From NCBI GenBank assembly GCA_031385045.1, contig JANNBC010000003.1:1-38083 (forward strand): DNA of 38,083 nt, written 5' to 3'. This DNA is from a bacterium (GTDB taxonomy: Bacteria; Bdellovibrionota_C; UBA2361; CALJRW01). Positions 19,105 to 29,584 of this stretch are shown piece by piece; position 1 is the first letter of the stretch; each line of letters opens with the position of its first letter. A program made the translations under genes and the position numbers. Below the pieces are notes generated by a model, which worked only from the letters and a program-made list of their open reading frames with translations, was not told the origin of the DNA and made no database searches.

Positions 19105-20055
19105 TTATTTAAAAACTTGTATACTACGAATCTCCTCCAGAGTATTTGTTCTTTTAATTAAATCAAAGAACTCTCGACCAATTAGTTCATTTTTTGAAAA
19201 CCAAATGGAGAACTCCTTATAGACTCCGATAAATTTCTTTTTAGATACCTTTTCCTTAGCGATGTAGGCGAGCAATAATCTTTCGGCAAAATTTAATAAC
19301 ATCTCTTTGCTTACAACAAATTGCTGATTACTTTGGAAATGAGCTTTTAATTGATTAAAAAGAAATGGATTAGTAATTGCAGGACGTCCACACATTAGAC
19401 CTGAAACTCCAGTGTTCATAACTCGCTTGGCAGTTTCAACATTACTAATATCACCATTACCAATAACTGGATAAGGAAGAACCTTTACAGCATCCTCAAA
19501 GAAATCATAATTTACCTTCTCCTCATATTTTCCAGCAGTACTTCTAGCATGCACTGTAATAAAATCTAAAGGGCAATCCTTTAAGACTGCTAAAATCTCC
19601 GAAAAATCTTCACTACTTTGAAATCCAAGCCTAGTTTTAATTGATAAAACACCGGAGTGTACTTCACGCATTGCCTGAATAATTGCTACTAATTTTTGGG
19701 GTTCAAGGAGTAAGGCTGAACCAGCACCACTACAGGTTACTCGCTTTGAGGGACAGCCAACATTCAAATCCAGCCAGTCCGAGTCTTGGAGTGTCGTGCG
19801 AGTTTTTAGAAAAGATAAACAACTGGAGATTACTTGAGGAGTAGTACCCATCACTTGAACCTGAAGCGGAACTTGATAACGATTAAATTCGGGGACTTTT
19901 TGTCGCTCACCAGTAATCCGAATAAACTCTGTGGCAACAACGTCTACTCCTTGCAGATCGATGATTTCTTTACGAAAGATGGAATTAGTAATGCCCTCCA
20001 TCGGTGCCAAAAATAGCACGGGTTGATTTGTAGATTGAAAGTTAAAAGGAATCAT
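19105..20055 (-). CDS. dus: tRNA-dihydrouridine synthase family protein
   Basis: LAPMEGIT, DLNVGCP, GAGSALL, TVHAR, IGNGDI, GLMCGR. Confidence 0.93.
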   Translation of the reverse strand: MIPFNFQSTNQPVLFLAPMEGITNSIFRKEIIDLQGVDVVATEFIRITGERQKVPEFNRYQVPLQVQVMGTTPQVISSCLSFLKTRTTLQDSDWLDLNVGCPSKRVTCSGAGSALLLEPQKLVAIIQAMREVHSGVLSIKTRLGFQSSEDFSEILAVLKDCPLDFITVHARSTAGKYEEKVNYDFFEDAVKVLPYPVIGNGDISNVETAKRVMNTGVSGLMCGRPAITNPFLFNQLKAHFQSNQQFVVSKEMLLNFAERLLLAYIAKEKVSKKKFIGVYKEFSIWFSKNELIGREFFDLIKRTNTLEEIRSIQVFK

Positions 20056-20265
20056 CAGGTAAAAGATAGCAATACCAGATAATTTTTACCAATCCTCTAA
20101 AAGATTTAAACAGTAATTTAATTATTTAATATTTTGTTCTAATATCGCCTTAGCTTAGAGTTGTATTAGTATGAATTACCCCTTAACTCAAAAGAGCCTT
20201 CACCTGCAAGCAATTTAGAAATTTAATGTCTAAATAAAGCAAATTTATTTTAAGGTAAAAAAATA

Positions 20266-20961
20266 ATGTTTAAAATCAGAAAATCAGCAGACCGTGGACA
20301 CTTTGATCATGGTTGGCTTAACACTTATCATAGCTTTTCTTTTGGTCGTTATCTCGATCGGAATCAAATGGGATTTCGTTGCCTAAGAGTTATTAATGAA
20401 GATGTCGTAGTTGGTGGTCAAGGCTTTGGCAAGCATCCTCATGACAACATGGAAATAATTACCTATGTAGTTTCTGGTGAATTAAAGCATGAAGATAGCA
20501 TGGGTAATGGCTCAATTATTAAGCCTGGAGACTTCCAACAAATGTCAGCAGGCACTGGAGTGTTTCACAGTGAGTTTAATCCATCAGAGACAAATCCTGT
20601 GCACCTCTATCAAATTTGGATTGAACCAGATCAAAGCGGATATACTCCCAGCTATGATCAAAAATCATTTCCTAATAATAAAAACCTGCTAACCTTAATT
20701 GCTAGCAAAAAGGAAATAGGTTCAGATATTATAAAGATTAATCAAGATGCCAATCTTTATTATGCCCACTATGAAAGTGGTCAGGAAGTTTTATTACCAC
20801 TAGATCTTAATCGCTATGGCTGGATACAAGTTATTTCTGGAGAAATTGAAATTGCTGGACTAAAATTAACTAATGGTGATGGTTTGGCAATTAGTGAGGA
20901 GGATAAACCAAAGCTTTCAGTACTTTCCGAGTCTAAAGTACTATTTTTCGATCTGCCTTAG
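20266..20961 (+). CDS. Pirin-family protein (YhhW-like)
   Basis: RGHFDHGWL, HPHDNMEIITYV, QMSAGTGVFHSEFN. Confidence 0.95.
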   Translation: MFKIRKSADRGHFDHGWLNTYHSFSFGRYLDRNQMGFRCLRVINEDVVVGGQGFGKHPHDNMEIITYVVSGELKHEDSMGNGSIIKPGDFQQMSAGTGVFHSEFNPSETNPVHLYQIWIEPDQSGYTPSYDQKSFPNNKNLLTLIASKKEIGSDIIKINQDANLYYAHYESGQEVLLPLDLNRYGWIQVISGEIEIAGLKLTNGDGLAISEEDKPKLSVLSESKVLFFDLP

Positions 20962-20976
20962 AATTACAAGATTAAA

Positions 20977-21004
20977 ATTCTCCCTGTATCTAAACAGGGA
21001 GAAT
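20977..21004. terminator. Hairpin between convergent genes, probable bidirectional terminator
   Basis: ATTCTCCCTGT-ATCTAA-ACAGGGAGAAT. Confidence 0.7.
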
Positions 21005-21015
21005 CTAAGGTTATT

Positions 21016-21234
21016 TTAGTGGCAAGATTTCTTTTCATCAGATTGACCACATTTAGCACCGCCACAAGATGTTTTTCCAGCTTCATCTTTCATGGCTTTA
21101 GCTTTGTCACAAGAAGCTGCACAACCAGCGTCACACTTACTCTTCATTTTCATGTAAGGACAACTACCAGTTGCTGTACAAGAAGCTAATAAAACTAGCG
21201 AAAGTAATAATAAGGTCGAAATAATTTTTTTCAT
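21016..21234 (-). CDS. Small cysteine-rich lipoprotein
   Basis: MKK, hydrophobic core, LASC lipobox, 7 further Cys, ends SCH. Confidence 0.75.
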   Translation of the reverse strand: MKKIISTLLLLSLVLLASCTATGSCPYMKMKSKCDAGCAASCDKAKAMKDEAGKTSCGGAKCGQSDEKKSCH

Positions 21235-21316
21235 ATTTTATTTGTAAGTAAAAAGTAATGGAAATATTTTAATACTAATATTCTCATGCCACAAGTGGCC
21301 GATAAACTCTTTTGCT

Positions 21317-21982
21317 CTATTCTTTTGGAAAGATATAAACCAAACCAGCCATAACACTAGCCGTATCATAGGCAACGTTATAAGTACTTGTTGAGTTACT
21401 TACATCAGGACTAGAGGCTGTAAAAGCTCTAGTTTCTGTAAAGAAACGAAACTCACGTGTAATCGGAACTTCCAAACCAAGCATTAACTGCAATGCAAAT
21501 GCATCACTATTACTTTTATGACTGCTACCAAAGCCAGCAATTTCAACTTGCTGCTCAGTATCACCTAAAAATCCAAAACCTATTCCCGCATAAGGATTTA
21601 CATATTCAAATGATGTTAAATAATAGATTGCGTTGACCATGATACTTTTTGCTTTCATATCACCAGTACTTAGTAAGTCACCATTTGTGACTTCTACACT
21701 ATTAATTCCGTGTGTTCTTTGAGCATACTCAAGCTCTAGGGCAAAACTTTCTTTGAAACGATAACCAGCAGCTAGAACTCCGACACTTCCGATATCAAAA
21801 TCTGTTTTGGCATCAATATATGAGTTATTTTGATTAGCACTTTTAAAATCATAACCATCTAAATAATCAGCACCTAAGGCAACCTTTCCATAGACTCCAG
21901 TGATTTCTTGAGCCTCTGAATTATTAATAAAAGGAGTGACAAAGGATACAGCTATTAACAATTGAAGTAGTAATTTTTTCAT
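21317..21982 (-). CDS. Small outer-membrane beta-barrel protein (porin/opacity-like)
   Basis: Signal peptide ending SEA, amphipathic strands AAGYRF..FALELEY, NPYAGIGFG, terminal AGLVYIF. Confidence 0.85.
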   Translation of the reverse strand: MKKLLLQLLIAVSFVTPFINNSEAQEITGVYGKVALGADYLDGYDFKSANQNNSYIDAKTDFDIGSVGVLAAGYRFKESFALELEYAQRTHGINSVEVTNGDLLSTGDMKAKSIMVNAIYYLTSFEYVNPYAGIGFGFLGDTEQQVEIAGFGSSHKSNSDAFALQLMLGLEVPITREFRFFTETRAFTASSPDVSNSTSTYNVAYDTASVMAGLVYIFPKE

Positions 21983-22060
21983 AAATAAGAGTAGTTTTAA
22001 AGATTCCCTACACTTCTAGCTTTGATTAGATATTTCAGCAAGTTAGGTAATCTACTTGCC

Positions 22061-22089
22061 TTGTATAATGAATCACTTTGGCGTATAAT
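22061..22089 (+). promoter_or_regulatory. sigma70-type promoter of feoAB
   Basis: TTGTAT-17 nt-TATAAT. Confidence 0.65.
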
Positions 22090-22122
22090 GTTAGGCATAG
22101 TAAAACTTTACTCGATATACCA

Positions 22123-22341
22123 ATGAACTACTGCCTAACGTCATTACCCAAAAACACTCCTGCTGTTATAAAAAGTATCGAAGAAAATGCTCAAACTGCA
22201 CGCTTAATGTCCGTCGGATTTGTTCCTGGAACAAGAATTGAAGTCATGAGAACTGGCAACCCAATGCTCGTTAAGATTACTGGCTCTACATTTGGAGTAA
22301 GTCCTTCACTAGCAAAATCCATTATTGTTAGTAACGATTAG
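22123..22341 (+). CDS. feoA: Ferrous iron transport protein A
   Basis: RLMSVGFVPGTRIEV..GNPM. ATG 22123 preferred over TTG 22078, which lies inside the promoter. Confidence 0.9.
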   Translation: MNYCLTSLPKNTPAVIKSIEENAQTARLMSVGFVPGTRIEVMRTGNPMLVKITGSTFGVSPSLAKSIIVSND

Positions 22342-22355
22342 AAGTAAATAAGAAC

Positions 22356-24188
22356 TTGGGACTGCCAATAATCAATCAAAATAGCTTACAGATTGCCTTG
22401 GTTGGAAATCCAAATGCTGGCAAGTCTTTATTCTTTAGTAAGTTAACAAAACAAAGTACGCCCTCGGCAAATTATTCTGGAACTACTCATACTTTAAAAT
22501 CATGCTCCTTAAAAATTGCTGAGAAAAAATATCAAATTATTGATCTTCCTGGAATTTACGATCTACAAACAAACGTACCAGAAGAAGTTATTGCAGTTAA
22601 TTACTTAGAATCGCTCTGTCGATCTTCCAGCACATTAGTCTTATTCTTTCTAGATGCCACAAGACTCGAACAAGGCATTTACTTACTTAACCAAGTACTA
22701 GAGGCAAAGCATCAAGTAGTTGTTTTATTGACTCATTATGATCGAGCTCAGAAAAGTAGCTTGAAAATTGATTATCAAAAACTAAGTGAAACTCTAAAAG
22801 TCAAAGTTGTTCCAACTTCCATTCGACATGATGATAGTAAGCAAATCCTACAGCAAGCACTAAAAGAATTTGCTCCCAAAGCCAGCAATGATCAATTAGA
22901 TTCATGTACGAAATGTAATTCCTGCAATTTCCAAGAAAGACACAATCTAGCAAGAAAAATTAAAGAGCAAATTAGTCCTCAAAAAATATCTAATATTTAC
23001 TCTGATCGATTGGATTCTTTATTACTTCATCCTTTATGGGGAAGTCTCTCCTTCCTGCTAATTACCTTTACTTTCTTCTGGTTAATATTTTTTATTGCTA
23101 GCTGGCCAATGAATTTAATTGATCAAGCTTTTGCTTTACTAAGTAGCAATCTTGATTCTTTTTTACCAGAGGGACTACCTAAAAGCCTCCTTCTAAATGG
23201 GATACTTCCTGGATTAAATGGGGTACTTATTTTCTTACCTCAAATTTTTATTCTATTTTTCCTGCTAAACTTACTAGATAATTCTGGATACTTAGCAAGA
23301 ATGGTCTGTATTCTTGACCGCTACTTAAAAAGATTTGGATTACCAGGTACGGCCTTTTTGCCAATTCTTTCAGCTCATGCCTGTGCCATCCCGGCGATCC
23401 TAGGAACTAAAGTAATTAAAAATAAAAAAGAAAGATTTTTAACAATCTTTATTATCCCCTTCTTTTCCTGCTCGGCCAGACTTCCAGTTTACGTGATGCT
23501 GACCGCACTACTTTTTCCAAAATCACCAATAAAAGCAGCTTGCTTATTTGTCAGTTGCTACCTAGGGGGCGCATTGATTGCTTTTTTAACAGCCTTAATA
23601 GTTAAAAAAACTTATCTAACAACTTCTACTAACCACTTACTTTTAGAACTTCCCGCCTATCAAATTCCGCCACTAAAACTTGCTTGGCAAGAAGCCAAAT
23701 TACAATCGCTTGGATTTATTAAAAAGGCTGGGACTTTTATTGTAATATTTTCAATTATGATTTGGGTCCTCTCAACTTTTCCTCATCCCGAGTTAGAAAA
23801 GTCATATTTGGCAATGATTGGAAATTTTGTACAACCGATCTTTGCTCCACTTGGATTTGATTGGCGAATTACAGTGGGAATATTAACTTCCTTTGCGGCG
23901 AGAGAAGTAATTGTTGCAACCTTAGCAATCATCTTTGCAACAAACTCTGAGACCCTAGAGCTAGTGACCAGACTCCAGCAAGCGACTTTAGATAATGGTA
24001 AATTGTTATTTACCACCAGTACAACTTTGAGCCTATTAGTATTCTTCATCTTTGCCTTACAATGTTTTCCGACTTCAATTTCAGCATGGAAAGAAACTGG
24101 CTCCAAAACATTTGCAATTGTTCAACTTCTATATGCTTCTTTTGTTGCTTACACCTTAGCTTGGATTGTTGGAGTTATTGTTAAATAA
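22356..24188 (+). CDS. feoB: Ferrous iron transport protein B
   Basis: GNPNAGKS, DLPGIY, SGYLAR, CSARLPVY, FAAREV, multiple TM helices. Confidence 0.93.
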   Translation: MGLPIINQNSLQIALVGNPNAGKSLFFSKLTKQSTPSANYSGTTHTLKSCSLKIAEKKYQIIDLPGIYDLQTNVPEEVIAVNYLESLCRSSSTLVLFFLDATRLEQGIYLLNQVLEAKHQVVVLLTHYDRAQKSSLKIDYQKLSETLKVKVVPTSIRHDDSKQILQQALKEFAPKASNDQLDSCTKCNSCNFQERHNLARKIKEQISPQKISNIYSDRLDSLLLHPLWGSLSFLLITFTFFWLIFFIASWPMNLIDQAFALLSSNLDSFLPEGLPKSLLLNGILPGLNGVLIFLPQIFILFFLLNLLDNSGYLARMVCILDRYLKRFGLPGTAFLPILSAHACAIPAILGTKVIKNKKERFLTIFIIPFFSCSARLPVYVMLTALLFPKSPIKAACLFVSCYLGGALIAFLTALIVKKTYLTTSTNHLLLELPAYQIPPLKLAWQEAKLQSLGFIKKAGTFIVIFSIMIWVLSTFPHPELEKSYLAMIGNFVQPIFAPLGFDWRITVGILTSFAAREVIVATLAIIFATNSETLELVTRLQQATLDNGKLLFTTSTTLSLLVFFIFALQCFPTSISAWKETGSKTFAIVQLLYASFVAYTLAWIVGVIVK

Positions 24189-26520
24189 TTCCACTAAGGA
24201 TGACTCGTCCAAACTTAGCATAAACATCCTCTTGGCTTAAATTTCGACCATCGATAATGTGCGCTTCGTAATAGTCAGGGTGAAATCGCATCATGTGTTC
24301 TAAAACAGCACGGTCATGGTCTGATTTTGAAATAATTGCCCAAATGTTTTTTCCAATATCCCCTGGGTCTTTAATCCCCCATTCCAACATCTTATTAATA
24401 TAGTTAGCAATTGTTTTTAATTCCTCGGGAGCAGGTGGACGATCAAAACCATATGAGCCACCACTATTTCTCATTCGGTCAACAACAGAAATTAAATTAT
24501 CCACTAATTGTTTACTACAACTTGCTGATAAAATTTTTCTTTCTAACTCTGAATTCAAATAAGTCATCTTGATTGGATGAACCCGACGTAATAAGGCATC
24601 ATTTAGATCGCGTTCATAGTTTTTCGTTAGTACAACTAAAAGATTGTCTAATTTAACATCAATTGGTGGACGACTTTCTAAATAAATTGTGGCATCTTGG
24701 AGTGGCCCTAAGAAGAATGTATCAATGGCAATATCAACTTTATCAATTTCATCGACTAGTAATACTACTGGCTGATTTTGAGACTTTAAAAATGCTCGTG
24801 AGATAATCCCCAAATTCATTAAATCAGATTTGGAGTTAACATCTTTTCCAGCCATTGCTTGAGCCATGGCAACTTCCGACGGAGCTTCAATTAAGTGCTG
24901 TAAATTCATCCCACTGTAGCAACTTAAACACATGAAATCTGCACCACAAATCTTAGCTAAGGCTTTTGCTAAATATGACTTACCACAACCTGGAGGGCCT
25001 TCTAAAAGTAAGGCTCGAACTTTTTCTGTTGGTGTATTTAAAAGTAGACAGACTTGGGTCGCTAGAAAAGGTAGACATTCGTACTTAACTTCTTCTAACT
25101 TGGAAATTAATTCTTCTGGTGTTCCAACGTTTACCAAACCAACTTGCTTTGCTTTATAAGTATTTTTTCGCTTAGAATCTTCTGGGTCAGGAACTATTCC
25201 TTTTAGTACTTCACGCCCTAGCTTGGCATGTACTTGATCAATATTTAATTGCCGTCCATTAGGATATAGCGTGTCATGAAAGTTTGGATGATAACGCATC
25301 ATCAATTCTAGGATTTGTCTGTCGTTTTCAGACTTAGCTATCATCTGCCAAATATTTCTACCAACGAAAGAAAAATCTACGATATCCCAGTTTAATAATT
25401 GAGTAACATATTTACCAATTTTTAATAATTCTTCGGGAGCTGGCGGACGATCAAATTGATATGCCCCATCACTATAACGCATAACATCAGCAATTTTTAC
25501 TAGGTTATTAATTAGTTCAGGGATACAATAATTAGAGAGAATGGCTCGCTCTTGTTCCATCTCCAAAAACTTCAAGGTAATTGGTTGAACACGACGAAGT
25601 AAGGCATCATTTAGTGAGCGGTCAAAGTTTTTAGTAAAACAAATCAACAAATTTTCATTTCGAGCTTCGATTACTTCCCCCGACTCTAAGAAGATCTTAG
25701 CATCCTGGAGTGGCCCTAAAAAGAAAGTATCAATACCGACACTAACTTTATCTAACTCATCAACGAGTAGAATTACTGGTTTCTCTTGAGAGACCTTAAA
25801 TGCCCGAGAGATAATCCCCAGGGTCATCATTTGAATATCGTCACCTTCTTTGGCATTCATTGACTTAACAGCATTGGCCAATGCCATACTAGATGGTGCT
25901 TCAATCAATTGTTGTAAGTCCATACCTGGATAACAACTCAAGCACATAAATTCAGCACCAGTAATTCTAGCCAAGGACTTTGCTAAATAAGATTTACCGC
26001 ATCCCGGAGGACCTTCTAATAGAATCGAACGAATCATACTAGATTTAGTATTCATCGCTAAAGCAACTTGAGCAGCAAGATATGGAGCACAATGATAACC
26101 AACACTATTTAATTTAAAAACTAAATCTTCTGGACTACCAACATCACTAAGACTTGCCTGAACAGTAATCTCCTTAACGGCATATTCTGGCTCAATATCT
26201 GAAAATTTATTTTTAGACTCTTCCAGTAATTCTTTATAATCAATAAATTCTTGGGACTCCTGTTCTTCGATCTTTAGCATCTCGGCTAAGTGATCTGTTT
26301 GGATTTGGTGCTGATAATCTTCCGAAAGAAGTAAATCTAAGTCTGAAGCATAAGATTTAGGAAGCGTAGTTGACTCTGTATTATTTGAAACTGTGGAGGA
26401 AGGATTACTAACATCACTGGGAACACTTATTAGTGGAACTTCAGATTTCTTCATCCGTGTTGGAGAGGGTTCATCGTCTAAAGAAATATCTAATCTAAAA
26501 AAATCCTTTTCTTCGCTCAT
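24181..26520 (-). CDS. Tandem double-domain MoxR-like AAA+ ATPase with acidic N-terminal extension
   Basis: Two copies each of LLEGPPGCGKSYLAK, LLVDE(L/I)DK, FFLGPLQDA, DALLRRV and FDRPPAPEEL. Confidence 0.85.
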   Translation of the reverse strand: MSEEKDFFRLDISLDDEPSPTRMKKSEVPLISVPSDVSNPSSTVSNNTESTTLPKSYASDLDLLLSEDYQHQIQTDHLAEMLKIEEQESQEFIDYKELLEESKNKFSDIEPEYAVKEITVQASLSDVGSPEDLVFKLNSVGYHCAPYLAAQVALAMNTKSSMIRSILLEGPPGCGKSYLAKSLARITGAEFMCLSCYPGMDLQQLIEAPSSMALANAVKSMNAKEGDDIQMMTLGIISRAFKVSQEKPVILLVDELDKVSVGIDTFFLGPLQDAKIFLESGEVIEARNENLLICFTKNFDRSLNDALLRRVQPITLKFLEMEQERAILSNYCIPELINNLVKIADVMRYSDGAYQFDRPPAPEELLKIGKYVTQLLNWDIVDFSFVGRNIWQMIAKSENDRQILELMMRYHPNFHDTLYPNGRQLNIDQVHAKLGREVLKGIVPDPEDSKRKNTYKAKQVGLVNVGTPEELISKLEEVKYECLPFLATQVCLLLNTPTEKVRALLLEGPPGCGKSYLAKALAKICGADFMCLSCYSGMNLQHLIEAPSEVAMAQAMAGKDVNSKSDLMNLGIISRAFLKSQNQPVVLLVDEIDKVDIAIDTFFLGPLQDATIYLESRPPIDVKLDNLLVVLTKNYERDLNDALLRRVHPIKMTYLNSELERKILSASCSKQLVDNLISVVDRMRNSGGSYGFDRPPAPEELKTIANYINKMLEWGIKDPGDIGKNIWAIISKSDHDRAVLEHMMRFHPDYYEAHIIDGRNLSQEDVYAKFGRVILSGII

Positions 26521-26831
26521 TTTTACCTAAAAAATCTATTCTGCAAGTAGAACCTACCCCTTGATTTTCGACAACCTATGGATAAATCATTAGTACTTTG
26601 TATTTTGACTCTAAAAATCTCAATTTATCCAGGTATTTATAAAACAATGGTTGATATTTTTGACGCTGTTCTAAGTAGCACATACTAAGAAAAAATTACT
26701 AGTAAGCTTTAAAACAAAGAAATCTTAGTAAAAACAATCATTTATGAATATTGTAACAATTATTAATTTAAGTTACCTTTTACTTTAATCAAAGCTTTCA
26801 TACATTCGTAGCTCTGCAAAAGATCCAAGAA

Positions 26832-26860
26832 TTCCCCCCTAATATATTAATGAGGGGGAA
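26832..26860. other. GC hairpin upstream of the FAD oxidoreductase
   Basis: TTCCCCC...GGGGGAA inverted repeat with AT-rich loop. Confidence 0.35.
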
Positions 26861-26897
26861 GATGATTATGCGATTTAACAGTCAAAAACTTCCCTAA

Positions 26898-28448
26898 ATG
26901 CCCGAACCACGCAAACAAATCTTAATCCTAGGTGCTGGACCAGCGGGACTAACGGCCGCCTACGAAATTGCCACTAAAACTAATTATCAACCAATTATTA
27001 TTGAGCAATTAGGATATGTCGGGGGTATAGCTTCTACAATTAATCATCATGGAAATAAGATTGATATTGGAGGGCATCGTTTTTTTTCTAAGTCCGACAA
27101 AGTCGTGGAATGGTGGTTGAAATTTCTACCTCTTTATTGTGACAAGCAAAATGATATCCCCTTATCTTACCAAGGATTAAAAATGAAGCTTCCCTTAGTA
27201 TTAAAGGAAGATCAAGAACCAAGGGACTGTTTTTTAATTCGAGAAAGAGTAAGTCGCATTCTTTATAATGGTAAATTCTTTGATTACCCCCTTAAACTTA
27301 CTTTTGCTTCAATTTACAAACTGGGTATTTGGAACTCGTTTACTATCGGCCTAAGCTATTTTTGGGCGCGTCTACACAAATTACCTGAAACTAATTTAGA
27401 AAATTTCTTTATTAACAGATTTGGAAAAAGTCTTTATCTGAAATTTTTTAAAAATTACACCGAGAAAGTTTGGGGCGTTCCTTGTCAAGAAATTTCCGCC
27501 GACTGGGGTGCTCAGCGCATTAAAGGACTATCTCTAAAAAAGGCAATCACTGACTATCTAAAAAAAATCTGGAAAGGAAAAAATCAAATACCAAAAGAAG
27601 AAACAGAAACTTCACTAATTGAATATTTTATGTACCCAAAGTATGGACCCGGGCATTTCTGGGAGAAGGTTAAAGAACAAGTTGAAACCTTTAATGGCAA
27701 GATTTATTTTAATCATAATTTTGAGGAGATTAAAATCTTACCAGATCAAAGCATCCAAGTTAAAGTTATTAATACGGAAAATAACTCCTCATTCCAAATA
27801 GAGCCAGCTTATCTAATTTCGACAGTACCAATCAGTGAACTAATTAAGAAAACTGAAAATGCTCCTAAGCCTATGTTAATTCATGCCCAAGCCCTAGAGT
27901 ATCGAGATTTTATAACAGTTGGCTTACTGATTAAGAAAGAGGACTGCGTACCACTAACGGACACCTGGATCTATATTCATGATCCCCAGCTAAAAGTTGG
28001 CAGATTACAAATTTTTAATAATTGGAGCCCCGCATTAGTTGCCGATCCTAAAAATTACTATTGGTTTGGACTAGAATACTTTACAAATTCAGGAGATGAG
28101 CTTTGGATGCTAAGTGACGAAGAGTTAAAGAAATTGGCTGCTAATGAAATTATTCAAGCCGGAATAGCTCTTCCTAGTTCCTCTGTTACTGACTCTGTCG
28201 TAATTCGAGTTAAGAAAACATACCCTTCTTATATTCGAGGCTTTAAAGACCTTGAGCAGATTAAAGTTTTTGTAAATTCGATTGAGCGACTTTTCTTAAT
28301 CGGTCGCAATGGTATGCATCGTTATAATAACCAAGACCATTCTATGCTTACTGCCATTGAAGCAGTTAATCAGATTATAAACCAAAAATTTAGTAAAGAG
28401 GCAATCTGGTCAATTAATACGGAACAAGAATACCAAGAATCAAAGTAA
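26898..28448 (+). CDS. FAD-dependent oxidoreductase (protoporphyrinogen oxidase / UDP-galactopyranose mutase-like family)
   Basis: [40 protein letters not shown]. Confidence 0.85.
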   Translation: MPEPRKQILILGAGPAGLTAAYEIATKTNYQPIIIEQLGYVGGIASTINHHGNKIDIGGHRFFSKSDKVVEWWLKFLPLYCDKQNDIPLSYQGLKMKLPLVLKEDQEPRDCFLIRERVSRILYNGKFFDYPLKLTFASIYKLGIWNSFTIGLSYFWARLHKLPETNLENFFINRFGKSLYLKFFKNYTEKVWGVPCQEISADWGAQRIKGLSLKKAITDYLKKIWKGKNQIPKEETETSLIEYFMYPKYGPGHFWEKVKEQVETFNGKIYFNHNFEEIKILPDQSIQVKVINTENNSSFQIEPAYLISTVPISELIKKTENAPKPMLIHAQALEYRDFITVGLLIKKEDCVPLTDTWIYIHDPQLKVGRLQIFNNWSPALVADPKNYYWFGLEYFTNSGDELWMLSDEELKKLAANEIIQAGIALPSSSVTDSVVIRVKKTYPSYIRGFKDLEQIKVFVNSIERLFLIGRNGMHRYNNQDHSMLTAIEAVNQIINQKFSKEAIWSINTEQEYQESK

Positions 28449-28492
28449 ATCAAAAGCGATTATAACTAAAATTAACTGATCGAATAAAAACT

Positions 28493-29584
28493 TTAGACTA
28501 AATCATCGAATGCCCGATGTTTTAAATAGAAATCTAAAACAACAATCGCGGACATAGCATCCACAATTGGAACAGCTCTTGGAAGAACACAAGGATCGTG
28601 ACGACCAGTAGCCTCTAATTTAACTTCTTGGTTTGCTTGATTAACAGTATCTTGAGATTTACTAATTGTCGCTACTGGCTTAAAGGCAACTCGAAACTCA
28701 ACGGGAGCTCCTGTTGTAATGCCACCCAAAGTTCCTCCAGCTTGATTTTTCTCAATCACAACCTGACCATCTCCCCCAATTCGAAAAGGATCATTATGCT
28801 CCGAACCTTTGTAATTTACACAATCAAAACCACTGCCAAAATCAAAACCTTTAACAGCATTAATACTTAACATTGCTTTTCCAAGCTCTGCTGAGAAACG
28901 ATCAAAGACTGGTTCCCCTAAACCGATAGGTAAGTTCTTAATTACACCGCGAATAATTCCACCGACAGAATCCCCTTGGTCACGAATACTTTCTACAAAA
29001 GTAATCATCTCCTCTGCCAATTTAGCATCCGGACAACGAACGATATTAGCCTCGATTGCTTCCAAAGTAACTTTCGAAGGAGAAATTGAAGTTTTTAGAT
29101 GATGAATCTGCTCTACATAACTTAAAATTTCAATCTGCAATTTCTCTTTTAAGAATTTCTTAGCAATCGCCCCAGCAGCAACTCGGGCTAAAGTTTCCCG
29201 AGCGGAAGCGCGACCACTCCCACGATAATCACGCACTGCATATTTTTTTTCGTATGTGAAATCCGCATGCGAAGGACGATATAACTTAGAAAGTTCCGAA
29301 TAATCTTGCGGACGCATATCTTTATTCACCGCCATAATCATAATCGGTGTACCAGTTGTCTTCCCTTCAAAAACACCAGAATAAATTTTTATCTCATCTT
29401 CTTCTTTTCTTGGCGTGGTAATCTTACTTTGTCCCGGCTTTCGCCGATCTAGCTCCGGTTGAATATCAGCTTCTGTTAAGTTAAGTCCAGAAGGACAACC
29501 ATCAATCACTACTCCAACAGCACCGCCATGGGATTCACCAAAAGTTGTAATCTTAAATAAATCTCCAAATGAACTACCCGGCAT
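28493..29584 (-). CDS. aroC: Chorismate synthase
   Basis: TFGESHG, RPSHAD, RASARET, GRHDPCV. Confidence 0.97.
   Translation of the reverse strand: MPGSSFGDLFKITTFGESHGGAVGVVIDGCPSGLNLTEADIQPELDRRKPGQSKITTPRKEEDEIKIYSGVFEGKTTGTPIMIMAVNKDMRPQDYSELSKLYRPSHADFTYEKKYAVRDYRGSGRASARETLARVAAGAIAKKFLKEKLQIEILSYVEQIHHLKTSISPSKVTLEAIEANIVRCPDAKLAEEMITFVESIRDQGDSVGGIIRGVIKNLPIGLGEPVFDRFSAELGKAMLSINAVKGFDFGSGFDCVNYKGSEHNDPFRIGGDGQVVIEKNQAGGTLGGITTGAPVEFRVAFKPVATISKSQDTVNQANQEVKLEATGRHDPCVLPRAVPIVDAMSAIVVLDFYLKHRAFDDLV

Noticed and set aside
22040..22110. Fur or DtxR box at the feoAB promoter
   Set aside because: Only partial matches (ATAATGAATCAC, TTAGG half-sites) without convincing dyad symmetry in AT-rich DNA.
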